Shown here in pieces: positions 1-7,856 of a stretch of DNA of 64,000 nucleotides (position 1 is its first letter; each line of letters starts with the position of its first letter). Origin of the DNA: an uncultured Candidatus Saccharibacteria bacterium (GTDB lineage Bacteria > Patescibacteriota > Minisyncoccia > Phycocordibacterales > GWA1-40-21); NCBI GenBank assembly GCA_964613715.1, contig CAZTJK010000004.1:3834-67833 (forward strand), in the 5' to 3' direction. The translations under genes and the position numbers were made by a program. Below the pieces are notes generated by a model. It made no database searches. It worked only from the letters and a program-made list of their open reading frames with translations, and was not told the origin of the DNA.

Positions 1-492
1 CATCTTTTGCTGCGCCAGGCAGCGATACTTCGAAGAGTGTCATGCGGAGCGCCTTTAGTACCGGGCCTTTTTCTGCGCTGCTGCCAGAACGAAAACCAGC
101 CTTTACATATTGCACGAGGAAACGGTGGAAATCATCCTCAAGATGGGGATCCTTCAGCTTATCGACAATCTCAAGCGTGTTGAGCACGCCCTTCTCTTGA
201 AGGATCGTGACAAGCTCCGCCATCTGCTCATCATGTGGCTCGGGTGCGAGATCGAGGACGATCGATTCTGATTCTTGCCTAGAAAGCGCGAAATCAGGAT
301 GGAGCATGTCTTCTTTTCTCCGCGACGCATGCTCCGTCACCTGATGGGCGATGACTTCCTCATGGAGCGGTGTTTCCTTGCGATCGGCAAGCGCCTGCTC
401 ATGACGTGCCACTTCGCTTCTCAAGAATCGCAGCTCTTCCTCGGGCGATTTGAACTTCTGCTCTATTTTTTCAGGACCAAACTGCTCTGCCA
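1..492 (-). CDS. hypothetical protein, partial (3' end beyond window start)
   Basis: Read by eye on the minus strand from the ATG at 492..490: MAEQFGPEKIEQKFKSPEEELRFLRSEVARHEQALADRKE..., open to position 1. It is absent from the ORF track only because it is truncated. It lies antisense to the weak plus-strand ORF 275..502. Confidence 0.4.
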
Positions 493-569
493 TGGCTCAT
501 AGTATACCATAGGCGCCCGATGCTATCGGTAAAATTGTCCGAATCCGCGGCTCCTGCTAGAATAGGGCC

Positions 570-1589
570 ATGATGTCTTGGAAAAAATATCTGCGCTCTG
601 GCATAGCTGCACTACTCTTGATTGGAATCGGTTATGGTGCCGGCTACTTGCATACCGACGAATATACGAAAAATCTCATCAAGAATATAAAGCCGGTGCG
701 AGAAAACAATTTTAATTACAAGTTCATCTTCCCCCTCTTGCGCTATGATTTCGGCAATGCGCGAACCTATCTTGAGGACAAGACATTGGAACAGAAATTG
801 AATACCTATGTCGAAAACGAATACAGCAATAAGGCAGCTGGCAGCATTTCCATCTATGTTTCCGATTTGCTCGATAATTCATGGGCAGGCGTGAATCAGG
901 ATATCCAATATCATCCGGGCAGCATGATGAAAGTCATGATCATGATGGCGTATTTCCGCGAGTCGCAGCTTGATCCCCGCATCATGACGCAGTATCTGAC
1001 CTATACCAAGCAAGTAAGCGACGCAGTGAAGATGATCAATTATTCGACCCCGTCGAATCTGACGATCGGTGGAAGCTATACGATACAGAATCTCGTCGAG
1101 AATATGATCGAGAATTCCGACAATGGTGCCGAAACCCTCCTTGTCGCGAATGCGAACCAGAAAATCCTCAATGATATCTACCATGACCTCAATATCCGCG
1201 TCCCGACCGAAGTCCCGGATTTCACAATCTCGACGCGAAGCTATTCGGCATTCATACGCATTCTCTACAACTCAACCTATCTTATCGAAACAAATTCAGA
1301 AGAGGCATTATCCATTTTGAGTAAAACAAGCTTCAAAAGCGCCCTCGTTGCCGGCGTACCGTCCGATATTGTCGTCGCGCATAAGTACGGCGAGCGCGTC
1401 GACACGGATGCAAACGGAACCGTGACTGCAGTTGAATTGCATGATTGCGGTATCGTCTATGCCGAAAATCCATACCAGATTTGCGTGATGACGCGCGGAT
1501 CAAGCGAAAAGAGCCAGCAAGACCTCGCCGCAGTGATCAAGGATATCTCAACGATCGCGTATAATTACGCCAACAGCAAGTCGCAATAA
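570..1589 (+). CDS. class A beta-lactamase-like serine hydrolase domain protein, N-terminal membrane anchor
   Basis: Motifs S-M-M-K (SxxK), E-N-S-D-N (SDN) and a KYG box with class-A-like spacing. N-terminal hydrophobic segment IAALLLIGIGYGAGYL. Confidence 0.55.
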   Translation: MMSWKKYLRSGIAALLLIGIGYGAGYLHTDEYTKNLIKNIKPVRENNFNYKFIFPLLRYDFGNARTYLEDKTLEQKLNTYVENEYSNKAAGSISIYVSDLLDNSWAGVNQDIQYHPGSMMKVMIMMAYFRESQLDPRIMTQYLTYTKQVSDAVKMINYSTPSNLTIGGSYTIQNLVENMIENSDNGAETLLVANANQKILNDIYHDLNIRVPTEVPDFTISTRSYSAFIRILYNSTYLIETNSEEALSILSKTSFKSALVAGVPSDIVVAHKYGERVDTDANGTVTAVELHDCGIVYAENPYQICVMTRGSSEKSQQDLAAVIKDISTIAYNYANSKSQ

Positions 1590-1591
1590 GC

Positions 1592-1903
1592 CTAGAGCAC
1601 TTCGAGCGCTTTTCTTAATTTTTCACGGACCGAAATCAATATCGGCGTGTATTTGATGAATTCGCTTTTTACGATATCGTCCATGGTGATGGTCTCCGCC
1701 TGGGCAATGACCGCATCGAGCTCTTCCTCTGTGATGCCAGCCTTGTTGAGCAATATGGCAAACGGCAGTTTCGTATCAAAAATGTTTGAGCTGGCGAACA
1801 GCTCAGGATATACGTTTACGACCGATACGCGGGCGTACAGCTCTTCTTCCTCATTGCGGAATGCCAGATCATCATGATGTGAACCGTCAAAATTTTCTAC
1901 CAT
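1592..1903 (-). CDS. hypothetical protein (103 aa), co-transcribed downstream of map
   Basis: The ATG lies 3 nt after the map stop. It sits where infA normally sits but has no S1/OB-fold similarity by eye. Confidence 0.35.
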   Translation of the reverse strand: MVENFDGSHHDDLAFRNEEEELYARVSVVNVYPELFASSNIFDTKLPFAILLNKAGITEEELDAVIAQAETITMDDIVKSEFIKYTPILISVREKLRKALEVL

Positions 1904-1906
1904 GAA

Positions 1907-2680
1907 TTATAAGGATTTCGTGAGTATTTCAGGCTCGCCATTCGTGATGAGAATCGTGTGCTCGAAATGCGCGCTGCGCTTGCCGTCTCTTGTTTTGTAG
2001 GTATAGCCGTCTTTGTCCAAATAGACATCTTTCGATCCTTCGTTCAGCATCGGCTCTATCGCAAGGACCATGCCAGGCTTCAGCTTGTCGCCTGCGCCAC
2101 GGTCGCCATAATTTGGCACATAAGGATCTTCGTGGATCTTATAGCCGACGCCGTGCCCGCAGAGATCCTCAACAACCGAAAGACCTGCTGCTTTCGCTGT
2201 GCGGCTGACCGCAAAGCCGATATCGCCGGTATGTTTGCCGCCTTTTGCTGCCTTGATGCCGGCATAGAGCGATTCTTCCGTGACCGCGAGCATTTTCTTC
2301 CCGACTGCATCGCCGGTGCCGGCAATGACCGTGCGCGCGGAATCCACGATAAGACCCTCGTGCGTCAGGCACATGTCGAGCGACACCATATCCCCATCCT
2401 TGATTATTTTCGGCGATTCGTTCGGAATGCCGTGCACCACCTCGTCATTTATTGAAATGCATATCGATGCGGGATACGGCCGCTTGGATCCTTTCGGCTT
2501 ATAGTTCAAGGTGGACGGATAATCGCCGAGATCGCGAGCCAGCTGGTCAGCAAGGTTGTTGAGCTCGAGAGTCGAGACTCCCGGCTTCACGGCAAGCGCA
2601 ACCGCCTGCAAAATAGAAGCAAGGCGGCGCCCTCCTTCGCGCATGATTGCTATGTCCTCTTTCGTTTTGATGGTAATCAT
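1907..2680 (-). CDS. map: methionine aminopeptidase type I
   Basis: MetAP-1 metal-binding pattern: DMCLTHEG, HGVGYKIHE, LAIEPML, FEHTILIT. It follows adk as in canonical spc-alpha clusters. Confidence 0.9.
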   Translation of the reverse strand: MITIKTKEDIAIMREGGRRLASILQAVALAVKPGVSTLELNNLADQLARDLGDYPSTLNYKPKGSKRPYPASICISINDEVVHGIPNESPKIIKDGDMVSLDMCLTHEGLIVDSARTVIAGTGDAVGKKMLAVTEESLYAGIKAAKGGKHTGDIGFAVSRTAKAAGLSVVEDLCGHGVGYKIHEDPYVPNYGDRGAGDKLKPGMVLAIEPMLNEGSKDVYLDKDGYTYKTRDGKRSAHFEHTILITNGEPEILTKSL

Positions 2681-3267
2681 GTGATGAGATGCGTTTTGCG
2701 CATGATCTCTTCGTGAATCGCCTCAACCGATTGTTCACCGTTGATATCGAGCACGATGCAGTCCTTATTGGTGCGGAAAAACTGGATAGCCGGCACGACA
2801 TCCTTCTCGAACCAGTTCATGCGATGCTCGATAGCCTCCGTATTGTCATCGCCCCGAGCGCGGGAAAGCAAACGCATGGTCGCCGATTCCCGGGAAACAT
2901 CGATATGCAGGATCTTGTATTTGCTGATATTCAAAAAGCGCATCGTATTGGCAAGAAATACTGCCTCGACGAGCTTTCGCGGAGCGCCATCGAAAATAAG
3001 CTGTTCAGTGCCCGTGAAGCGACTGGCCAGATAATTGATCCAGGTGCCGACAACGATCGGGTCAGGCGCAAGCTCGCCGGCCGTCATCATGTTTTTGACG
3101 ATTTTCTGGATATACGAATCCCCTTTCGCGTATTCACGAAGCAATGCACCGGTCTCAATATGCAAATACTTCACCTGCGCCGCCTCGAACGCTTTTTTCA
3201 GGAGTTCTACCTGCGTCCCTTTGCCACAGCCGGACCTGCCGATAAAGACATAGGCGGATGGCTCCAT
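2677..3267 (-). CDS. adk: adenylate kinase
   Basis: P-loop GRSGCGKGTQ and NMP-binding/LID regions. I place the start at the ATG at 3267 (MEPSAYVFIG). The longer track ORF begins with a GTG inside the terminator hairpin at 3375 and has an odd hydrophobic N-terminus. Confidence 0.85.
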   Translation of the reverse strand: MEPSAYVFIGRSGCGKGTQVELLKKAFEAAQVKYLHIETGALLREYAKGDSYIQKIVKNMMTAGELAPDPIVVGTWINYLASRFTGTEQLIFDGAPRKLVEAVFLANTMRFLNISKYKILHIDVSRESATMRLLSRARGDDNTEAIEHRMNWFEKDVVPAIQFFRTNKDCIVLDINGEQSVEAIHEEIMRKTHLIT

Positions 3268-3316
3268 GGGAACGTAGTTTTGGGAGCTTTTTGTGAAGAA
3301 ATTGAACATCACAGAG

Positions 3317-3344
3317 AGTATAGCAAAGCAGGCGAAAAAGCCAA
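3317..3344 (-). promoter_or_regulatory. sigma70-like promoter for adk-map (minus-strand TTGGCT, 16-nt spacer, TATACT)
   Basis: RC of plus 3339..3344 is TTGGCT and RC of 3317..3322 is TATACT. It lies immediately downstream of the secY terminator hairpin. Confidence 0.4.
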
Positions 3345-3350
3345 ATAAAA

Positions 3351-3375
3351 GTGGCGCGCCCGCTGGGCGCGCCAC
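3351..3375 (-). terminator. intrinsic-terminator-like hairpin between secY and adk
   Basis: GTGGCGCGCCC-gct-GGGCGCGCCAC: a perfect 11-bp GC stem with a 3-nt loop, followed on the minus strand by TTTTATTTGG. Confidence 0.55.
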
Positions 3376-3392
3376 TTTCGGATGAACGAGGA

Positions 3393-4664
3393 TTAATATT
3401 CCCGCATCGTGACCTGCGCCTCGATTTTCTTGATGAGATCAATGACGACGGAGACGACAATGAGAAGCGCGGTACCGCCAAGCGCGATCGAGGTAATACC
3501 TGAAAGCGATCGGACTACGAGCGGCAAGACAGCGACAATGCCGAGAAAGAGCGCGCCGACGAGCGTAATGCGGGTCAACACTTTGGCAAGATACTCGGAA
3601 GTCGCCTGGCCTGGGCGGACGCCGGGAATGAATGCGCCCGATTGCTGCAAGTTCTTCGCGATCTGATCGGGATCAAATGTAACGGCGGTATAGAAATACG
3701 TGAAGATGAAGACGAAGACGAAGTAGAGCGCCATATAGATCCACTGATTCGAGATGAAGTCATTCAGCGTCGTCGCAATGGACTTGAGAACCGGATTGGT
3801 CGCGACCTGGGCAACGAACTTGAAAATCATCTGCGGGAACAAGAGAATCGACATACCAAAGATTATCGGAATAACGCCTGACTGGTTCACGCGCAGCGGC
3901 AGATAGGTCGAGACACCGCCAGAGACCGTGCCGCCGCGTACCGTTTTGGCATAGGTGACCGGAATCGGCCGTTCTGCTTCAGAAACAAATACCACGCCAT
4001 AAATGACCGCGATTGCAATCACGAGAAAGAGCACATAGGTCGGGATCTGCGACACATCGAAAATGAGTCCGAACTGCTTGATATGCGTCGGCAAGTTTGC
4101 CACGATGCCGGCGAAAATGAGCATGGATGTGCCGTTACCGATACCGAATTCAGTCATAAGCTCTCCAAGCCACATCATCAAGAGCGAACCTGCGACAATG
4201 ATAATGATATTGACGATCATGGCCGTCAGGCCGAGATTCGAAAGCACGCCCGCCTTTGCAAGGATCGTAAGAAATGCAAAGCCCTGGATGCAAGCAATCG
4301 GCACCGTGATCAGGCGCGAAACCTGGTTGAATTTCCTGCGGCCGATCTCCCCTTCCTCCTGATACATGGCCTTGAGCTTCTTCGAAAGAAGCGTGAGCAC
4401 CTGCATGACGATAGACGCCGTGATATACGGACCGACGCCAAGCATCACGATCGAGAGCTTGCTCATGCCGCCGCCCGAGAAAATATTCAAAAAGCTGAAA
4501 AATTCGCTGCCAGAAAAGAATTCAGCGAGCTTTGCCGGATTGATGCCCGGGATCGGAATGACTGCAAGTACGCGGGAAATACAGAGTCCGAAGAGGACAA
4601 AGAGGATCCGACCCCGCAAAGTGCGGTCTTTGAATACTGTCGTTATTTTTTCCCAAAAGTTCAT
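3393..4664 (-). CDS. secY: preprotein translocase subunit SecY
   Basis: 423 aa, 10-TM profile, SecY signature regions. Immediately downstream of rplO. Confidence 0.92.
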   Translation of the reverse strand: MNFWEKITTVFKDRTLRGRILFVLFGLCISRVLAVIPIPGINPAKLAEFFSGSEFFSFLNIFSGGGMSKLSIVMLGVGPYITASIVMQVLTLLSKKLKAMYQEEGEIGRRKFNQVSRLITVPIACIQGFAFLTILAKAGVLSNLGLTAMIVNIIIIVAGSLLMMWLGELMTEFGIGNGTSMLIFAGIVANLPTHIKQFGLIFDVSQIPTYVLFLVIAIAVIYGVVFVSEAERPIPVTYAKTVRGGTVSGGVSTYLPLRVNQSGVIPIIFGMSILLFPQMIFKFVAQVATNPVLKSIATTLNDFISNQWIYMALYFVFVFIFTYFYTAVTFDPDQIAKNLQQSGAFIPGVRPGQATSEYLAKVLTRITLVGALFLGIVAVLPLVVRSLSGITSIALGGTALLIVVSVVIDLIKKIEAQVTMREY

Positions 4665-4668
4665 AGGG

Positions 4669-5100
4669 TTATTTCACCGTGCCTCCTGCCTTCTCTATCT
4701 TGGCTTTCGCTTCGGCCGATACGAGGCAACCCGTCACGACGAGCTTTTTCGAGAGATCGCCAGTCGCAAGGATCTTCACGATCGGATTTGTGCCGCCGAA
4801 AAGCTCGATAGCACCTTTCTCCACGAGTGTTTTCGGGCTGACGGTTGCGCCCGCCACAAAGAGTGAGTCAAGTGCCGCGATATTCACCGCAACCGGCTTT
4901 TCATTCTTGCTATTGAACGCGTAGCCGCGAAGCTTCGGCATACGCTTGATGATATCGCGCATTTCCGGGCGAGCTTTGTGTCCGGCGCGGGCAGTCTGGC
5001 CCTTGCCGCCGCGGCCCGAGGTCTTGCCGCGCTTGCCGCCGCGGCCAATGAGCGGATATTTCTTGTTCTTCGTCTTTCGCTTGAGTTCGTGTATTTTCAT
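4669..5100 (-). CDS. rplO: 50S ribosomal protein L15
   Basis: Gly/Arg-rich N-terminus (GRGGKRGKTSGRGGKGQTARAGHK) typical of L15. Confidence 0.92.
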   Translation of the reverse strand: MKIHELKRKTKNKKYPLIGRGGKRGKTSGRGGKGQTARAGHKARPEMRDIIKRMPKLRGYAFNSKNEKPVAVNIAALDSLFVAGATVSPKTLVEKGAIELFGGTNPIVKILATGDLSKKLVVTGCLVSAEAKAKIEKAGGTVK

Positions 5101-5111
5101 GGTCGTATGCG

Positions 5112-5750
5112 TTATTGCGCTGTCGCTTCCGTTTTCTCTGATGCCGGCTTTTCCGAAACTGCTGATTTCTTGTTGAATGCCGAGAGGGCAAGCAGGGTCG
5201 CGCGGGCGATATTGAGCTTGTTCTTGGATGGCGAGATGATCTTGCCGGTAATATCATGAATGCCTGCAAGCTCGATCACGTTCTGAAGAGCGCTGCCGGC
5301 GGATACACCCCTGCCCTTTGCCGGCATGAGGACGATGCGGCCGCTCGAGTATTTGGCGCTCACCTGATGCGGAATAGACATGGTCTTGGTCAGCTGCAAA
5401 TGCATCAGGTTCTTTTTGGCGCTGCGATATGCCTTGTCGATCGCTGCCGAAGTGTCATTGGCCTTTCCGGTGCCGACGCCGACAGCGCCTTTCTTATTGC
5501 CGATAACGACGGCGATGGAGAAATTCATGCGCTTGCCGCCCTTGGTCACACGGGTAACGCGGCGGATGGTAAGGATTTTCTGATCGAACTCCGGCTTGAC
5601 GCGCTCGCCGCGCGGGCCGCCGCCCCTGCGCGGATTTTTCATGCGATCATCCCGTCCTGAGCGCTTGCCAAACGGCGCATGCGCTTTCGGCGCCATGGCT
5701 GCTGCCGGTGCTGCTGTCGTATTCGTAGGTTGTGATGTGGTGGTGTCCAT
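5112..5750 (-). CDS. rpsE: 30S ribosomal protein S5 (extended N-terminus)
   Basis: The S5 core (ILTIRRVTRVTKGGKRMNFSIAVVIGNKKGAVGVGTGKAND) preceded by a low-complexity N-terminal extension. Its stop is 11 nt from the rplO start, so there is no room for an L30 gene. Confidence 0.9.
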   Translation of the reverse strand: MDTTTSQPTNTTAAPAAAMAPKAHAPFGKRSGRDDRMKNPRRGGGPRGERVKPEFDQKILTIRRVTRVTKGGKRMNFSIAVVIGNKKGAVGVGTGKANDTSAAIDKAYRSAKKNLMHLQLTKTMSIPHQVSAKYSSGRIVLMPAKGRGVSAGSALQNVIELAGIHDITGKIISPSKNKLNIARATLLALSAFNKKSAVSEKPASEKTEATAQ

Positions 5751-5758
5751 AAATGAAT

Positions 5759-6109
5759 TTAAAATTGCAAGCCCCCTTCGCGCGCGCCATCGGCGAATGC
5801 CTTGATCTTGCCGGTATAGATGAAGCCGCCGCGATCGAACACGACTTTCTTCACGCCTTTGGCGAGCGCGAGCTTGGCGATTTCCTTGCCGGCATTCTTC
5901 GATTTCTCGAGGGTGCTCTTGCCGGTGGCCTTGTCTGTTGAATAGGCAACGAGCGTTGCGCCGAGCGCATCATTGACGAGCTGGCCATAGACTGCGGTAT
6001 TCGATTTGTATACCGAAAGGCGCGGACGCTCTGCGGTGCCCGAGACCTTTGCGCGGATGCGCGCATGGCGGACTTTGATCTTTGCTGCTTTGGTGACTGC
6101 GGTATTCAT
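5759..6109 (-). CDS. rplR: 50S ribosomal protein L18
   Basis: 116 aa with L18 family conservation (RLSVYKSN...YGQLV...AKGVKKVVFDRGG). Confidence 0.9.
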   Translation of the reverse strand: MNTAVTKAAKIKVRHARIRAKVSGTAERPRLSVYKSNTAVYGQLVNDALGATLVAYSTDKATGKSTLEKSKNAGKEIAKLALAKGVKKVVFDRGGFIYTGKIKAFADGAREGGLQF

Positions 6110-6118
6110 ATGCGTGTA

Positions 6119-6652
6119 TTAGGCTGTTTTCTTGCCCTCCTTGCGACGGACTACTTCGTTTTCGAAGCGGATGCCTTTGCCCTTGTATGGCTCCGGCTTT
6201 TTGATGGCGCGCAGGCTTGCGGCAAAGCTTGAAACAAGCTCCTTGTCGATGCCGCTGATAACGAGAACGCCTTTATCGGAAGCAACTTTGATGCCCTTCG
6301 GAATCGCGACCTTGACCGGGTGCGAGAAGCCGAGCTTCATATTGATTTCAGCTGGCGTCACGTCTGCCTTGTAGCCGATACCTTCAACAACCATGCGCTC
6401 AGTGAACTCCTTGTTCACACCCGCAATCATATTTTTGATATGAGATGCATAGGTGCCCCAGAGTGCCTTGTTCTCAAGGGTTTCCTTGGCTGGCACGAGC
6501 GATACCATATTACCTTCGACGGCAATCGCGATATTCGATTTGAACGGGCGTGAGAGCTCGCCGAGCGGGCCTTTCACGGACACCGAACCGCTACCAACCT
6601 TCACCTCGGTCTTTTCGGGAATCGCTATTCCTTTTTTCGCAATGCGTGACAT
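6119..6652 (-). CDS. rplF: 50S ribosomal protein L6
   Basis: 177 aa; N-terminus MSRIAKKGIAIPEKTEVKV... is typical of L6. Confidence 0.9.
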   Translation of the reverse strand: MSRIAKKGIAIPEKTEVKVGSGSVSVKGPLGELSRPFKSNIAIAVEGNMVSLVPAKETLENKALWGTYASHIKNMIAGVNKEFTERMVVEGIGYKADVTPAEINMKLGFSHPVKVAIPKGIKVASDKGVLVISGIDKELVSSFAASLRAIKKPEPYKGKGIRFENEVVRRKEGKKTA

Positions 6653-6664
6653 GAATATGAATGA

Positions 6665-7057
6665 TTACCAGATGCGGAACATTTCCTCGCCGCCGACTTT
6701 CTGCTTCACGGCTTCCTTATCGATCAGGATGCCTTTCGGGGTCGAGAAAATAGTAGCGCCGAAACCGTTCTTGAACGGCTTGATATCGGCAGCAGCCTTG
6801 TAGATGCGGCGGGACGGCTTTGAGACGCGGGCGACATCAGTAACTTTCGGCATTTTGTCCGCGGTATATGCGAGGCCAAGTTCGAGCGTCTTGCCATCAT
6901 TCGTCTTCGATACAGACGTAAGAAATCCGGCACGCATCAGGGCGTGAGCGACCGCTTCTTTGAGCAGGGATGCCGGAACAGCCGCCGATGCCTTGCCGAC
7001 GCGGTTGGCATTCTTGATGCGGATAATGAGATCGCCGATTTTGTCAGTGACTACCAT
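6665..7057 (-). CDS. rpsH: 30S ribosomal protein S8
   Basis: 130 aa; [14 protein letters not shown]... is typical of S8. Confidence 0.9.
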   Translation of the reverse strand: MVVTDKIGDLIIRIKNANRVGKASAAVPASLLKEAVAHALMRAGFLTSVSKTNDGKTLELGLAYTADKMPKVTDVARVSKPSRRIYKAAADIKPFKNGFGATIFSTPKGILIDKEAVKQKVGGEEMFRIW

Positions 7058-7236
7058 GATGATTTCTTGATACCTGGAATTTTTCCGTCATTGGCAAATT
7101 CGCGGAAGCAGATTCTGCAAAGATCAAAATCCCGCATATAGCCGTGCTTGCGGCCGCAGCGGAAACAGCGTCTCACCACGCGTGAGGCGAATTTTGGCTT
7201 CCGTTTTGAGCGGTCAATGACTGATTTTTTTGCCAT
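7051..7236 (-). CDS. rpsN: 30S ribosomal protein S14 type Z (zinc-binding)
   Basis: [16 protein letters not shown]...[23 protein letters not shown] with four Zn-ligand Cys. The true start is the ATG at 7236; the track ORF begins at an upstream TTG. Confidence 0.88.
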   Translation of the reverse strand: MAKKSVIDRSKRKPKFASRVVRRCFRCGRKHGYMRDFDLCRICFREFANDGKIPGIKKSSW

Positions 7237-7272
7237 GTCCAAATAAAAAAGCTCGAAAAAGCTTGTCAGAGC

Positions 7273-7301
7273 ATACTAGCAAGGACAGATAGCAAAGTCA
7301 A
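7273..7301 (-). promoter_or_regulatory. sigma70-like promoter (TTGACT, 17 nt, TAGTAT) upstream of rpsN
   Basis: The minus strand reads TTGACT (7301..7296), then 17 nt, then TAGTAT (7278..7273). A short hairpin AAGCT-TTTTCG-AGCTT followed by a U-tract lies in the leader (7253..7268). Confidence 0.45.
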
Positions 7302-7330
7302 TGGTGAATCCGCCTGCCTGGGCAAGAAAA

Positions 7331-7361
7331 AACCCGAATGGAACGGTCCATTCGGGTTTTT
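7331..7361 (-). terminator. intrinsic terminator after the membrane-protein gene
   Basis: AACCCGAATGG-aacggt-CCATTCGGGTT: a perfect 11-bp stem flanked by A-run and T-run, so it can act bidirectionally. It starts 3 nt after the stop of the 7364..7762 gene. Confidence 0.6.
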
Positions 7362-7363
7362 GG

Positions 7364-7762
7364 TCAGTGGCGAAAAAATGATACATAGCAGCGCACGGCA
7401 CCGGCAACACAGAGCCAGGTAGGCACAAGCCTCGCCACAATCGGCCACCATGCTTGCTTGACGGTCAATTGCACCGTATAGAGCGATGCGAGCATGAAGA
7501 AAGCCCATATCGGCAATGCTTTGGAATCGGCAACAATATGGCAGCCTACCGCTACCCCGATCCCGCTATTTATGCAAATGCCGATAAGCGGATCCCGGGA
7601 TGCTTCACCAGCGAAATACAGCGCGAGGATAACCGTGACCACTACAATACCCACGAGTATCGGCATGGTATCCTTCTGCGGTATCGCGGATAGGATGAAA
7701 ACAATAGTTACTACTAGACCCCAAAAAGCCCCTACTTTCGAACAAATATCAAGCTGCTGCAT
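7364..7762 (-). CDS. small polytopic membrane protein (132 aa, 4 predicted TM) inserted between rplE and rpsN
   Basis: ATG start with a strong SD (AGGGGAGGA, 6 nt upstream). Four hydrophobic helices. It has its own promoter and terminator. Confidence 0.6.
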   Translation of the reverse strand: MQQLDICSKVGAFWGLVVTIVFILSAIPQKDTMPILVGIVVVTVILALYFAGEASRDPLIGICINSGIGVAVGCHIVADSKALPIWAFFMLASLYTVQLTVKQAWWPIVARLVPTWLCVAGAVRCYVSFFRH

Positions 7763-7797
7763 GATCGTCCTCCCCTGTCAAAATAGCATCTGCAGTA

Positions 7798-7826
7798 TAT
7801 ATACAGGGAGCTGAATGCGGAGTCAA
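7798..7826 (-). promoter_or_regulatory. sigma70-like promoter (TTGACT, 17 nt, TATATA) for the membrane-protein cassette
   Basis: The minus strand reads TTGACT (RC of 7821..7826), a 17-nt spacer, then TATATA(TACT) (RC of 7798..7803), directly after the rplE terminator. Confidence 0.5.
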
Positions 7827-7831
7827 GAAAA

Positions 7832-7856
7832 ATCCCCGCGAGCGCGGGGATTTTTT
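7832..7856 (-). terminator. intrinsic terminator immediately after the rplE stop
   Basis: ATCCCCGC-gagc-GCGGGGAT: an 8-bp GC stem with a 4-nt loop. A-run and T-run on either side overlap the rplE stop codon. Confidence 0.55.

Noticed and set aside
275-502. Plus-strand 75-aa ORF
   Set aside because: It lies antisense to a more convincing minus-strand ORF (ATG at 492, open to position 1, with plausible globular composition). The 75-aa product is Arg/Leu-rich with no SD.
1958-2455. Numerous antisense or overlapping ORFs inside map, adk, secY, ileS, glyQS, metG and other genes
   Set aside because: They lie entirely within, and antisense or out-of-frame to, strongly supported conserved genes. 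They are Arg/Cys/His-rich, which is typical of spurious frames in GC-rich coding DNA.
3268-3375. N-terminal 36-aa extension of the adk ORF (track start 3375)
   Set aside because: It would start with GTG inside a perfect 11-bp terminator hairpin and encode an implausible hydrophobic leader. A canonical ATG at 3267 precedes the adenylate-kinase P-loop, and a promoter-like TTGGCT-16-TATACT lies within the supposed extension.
7237-7242. Upstream TTG start ('MDM...') of rpsN
   Set aside because: The conserved S14 N-terminus MAKKS begins at the ATG at 7236. The TTG start is an ORF-caller artefact.
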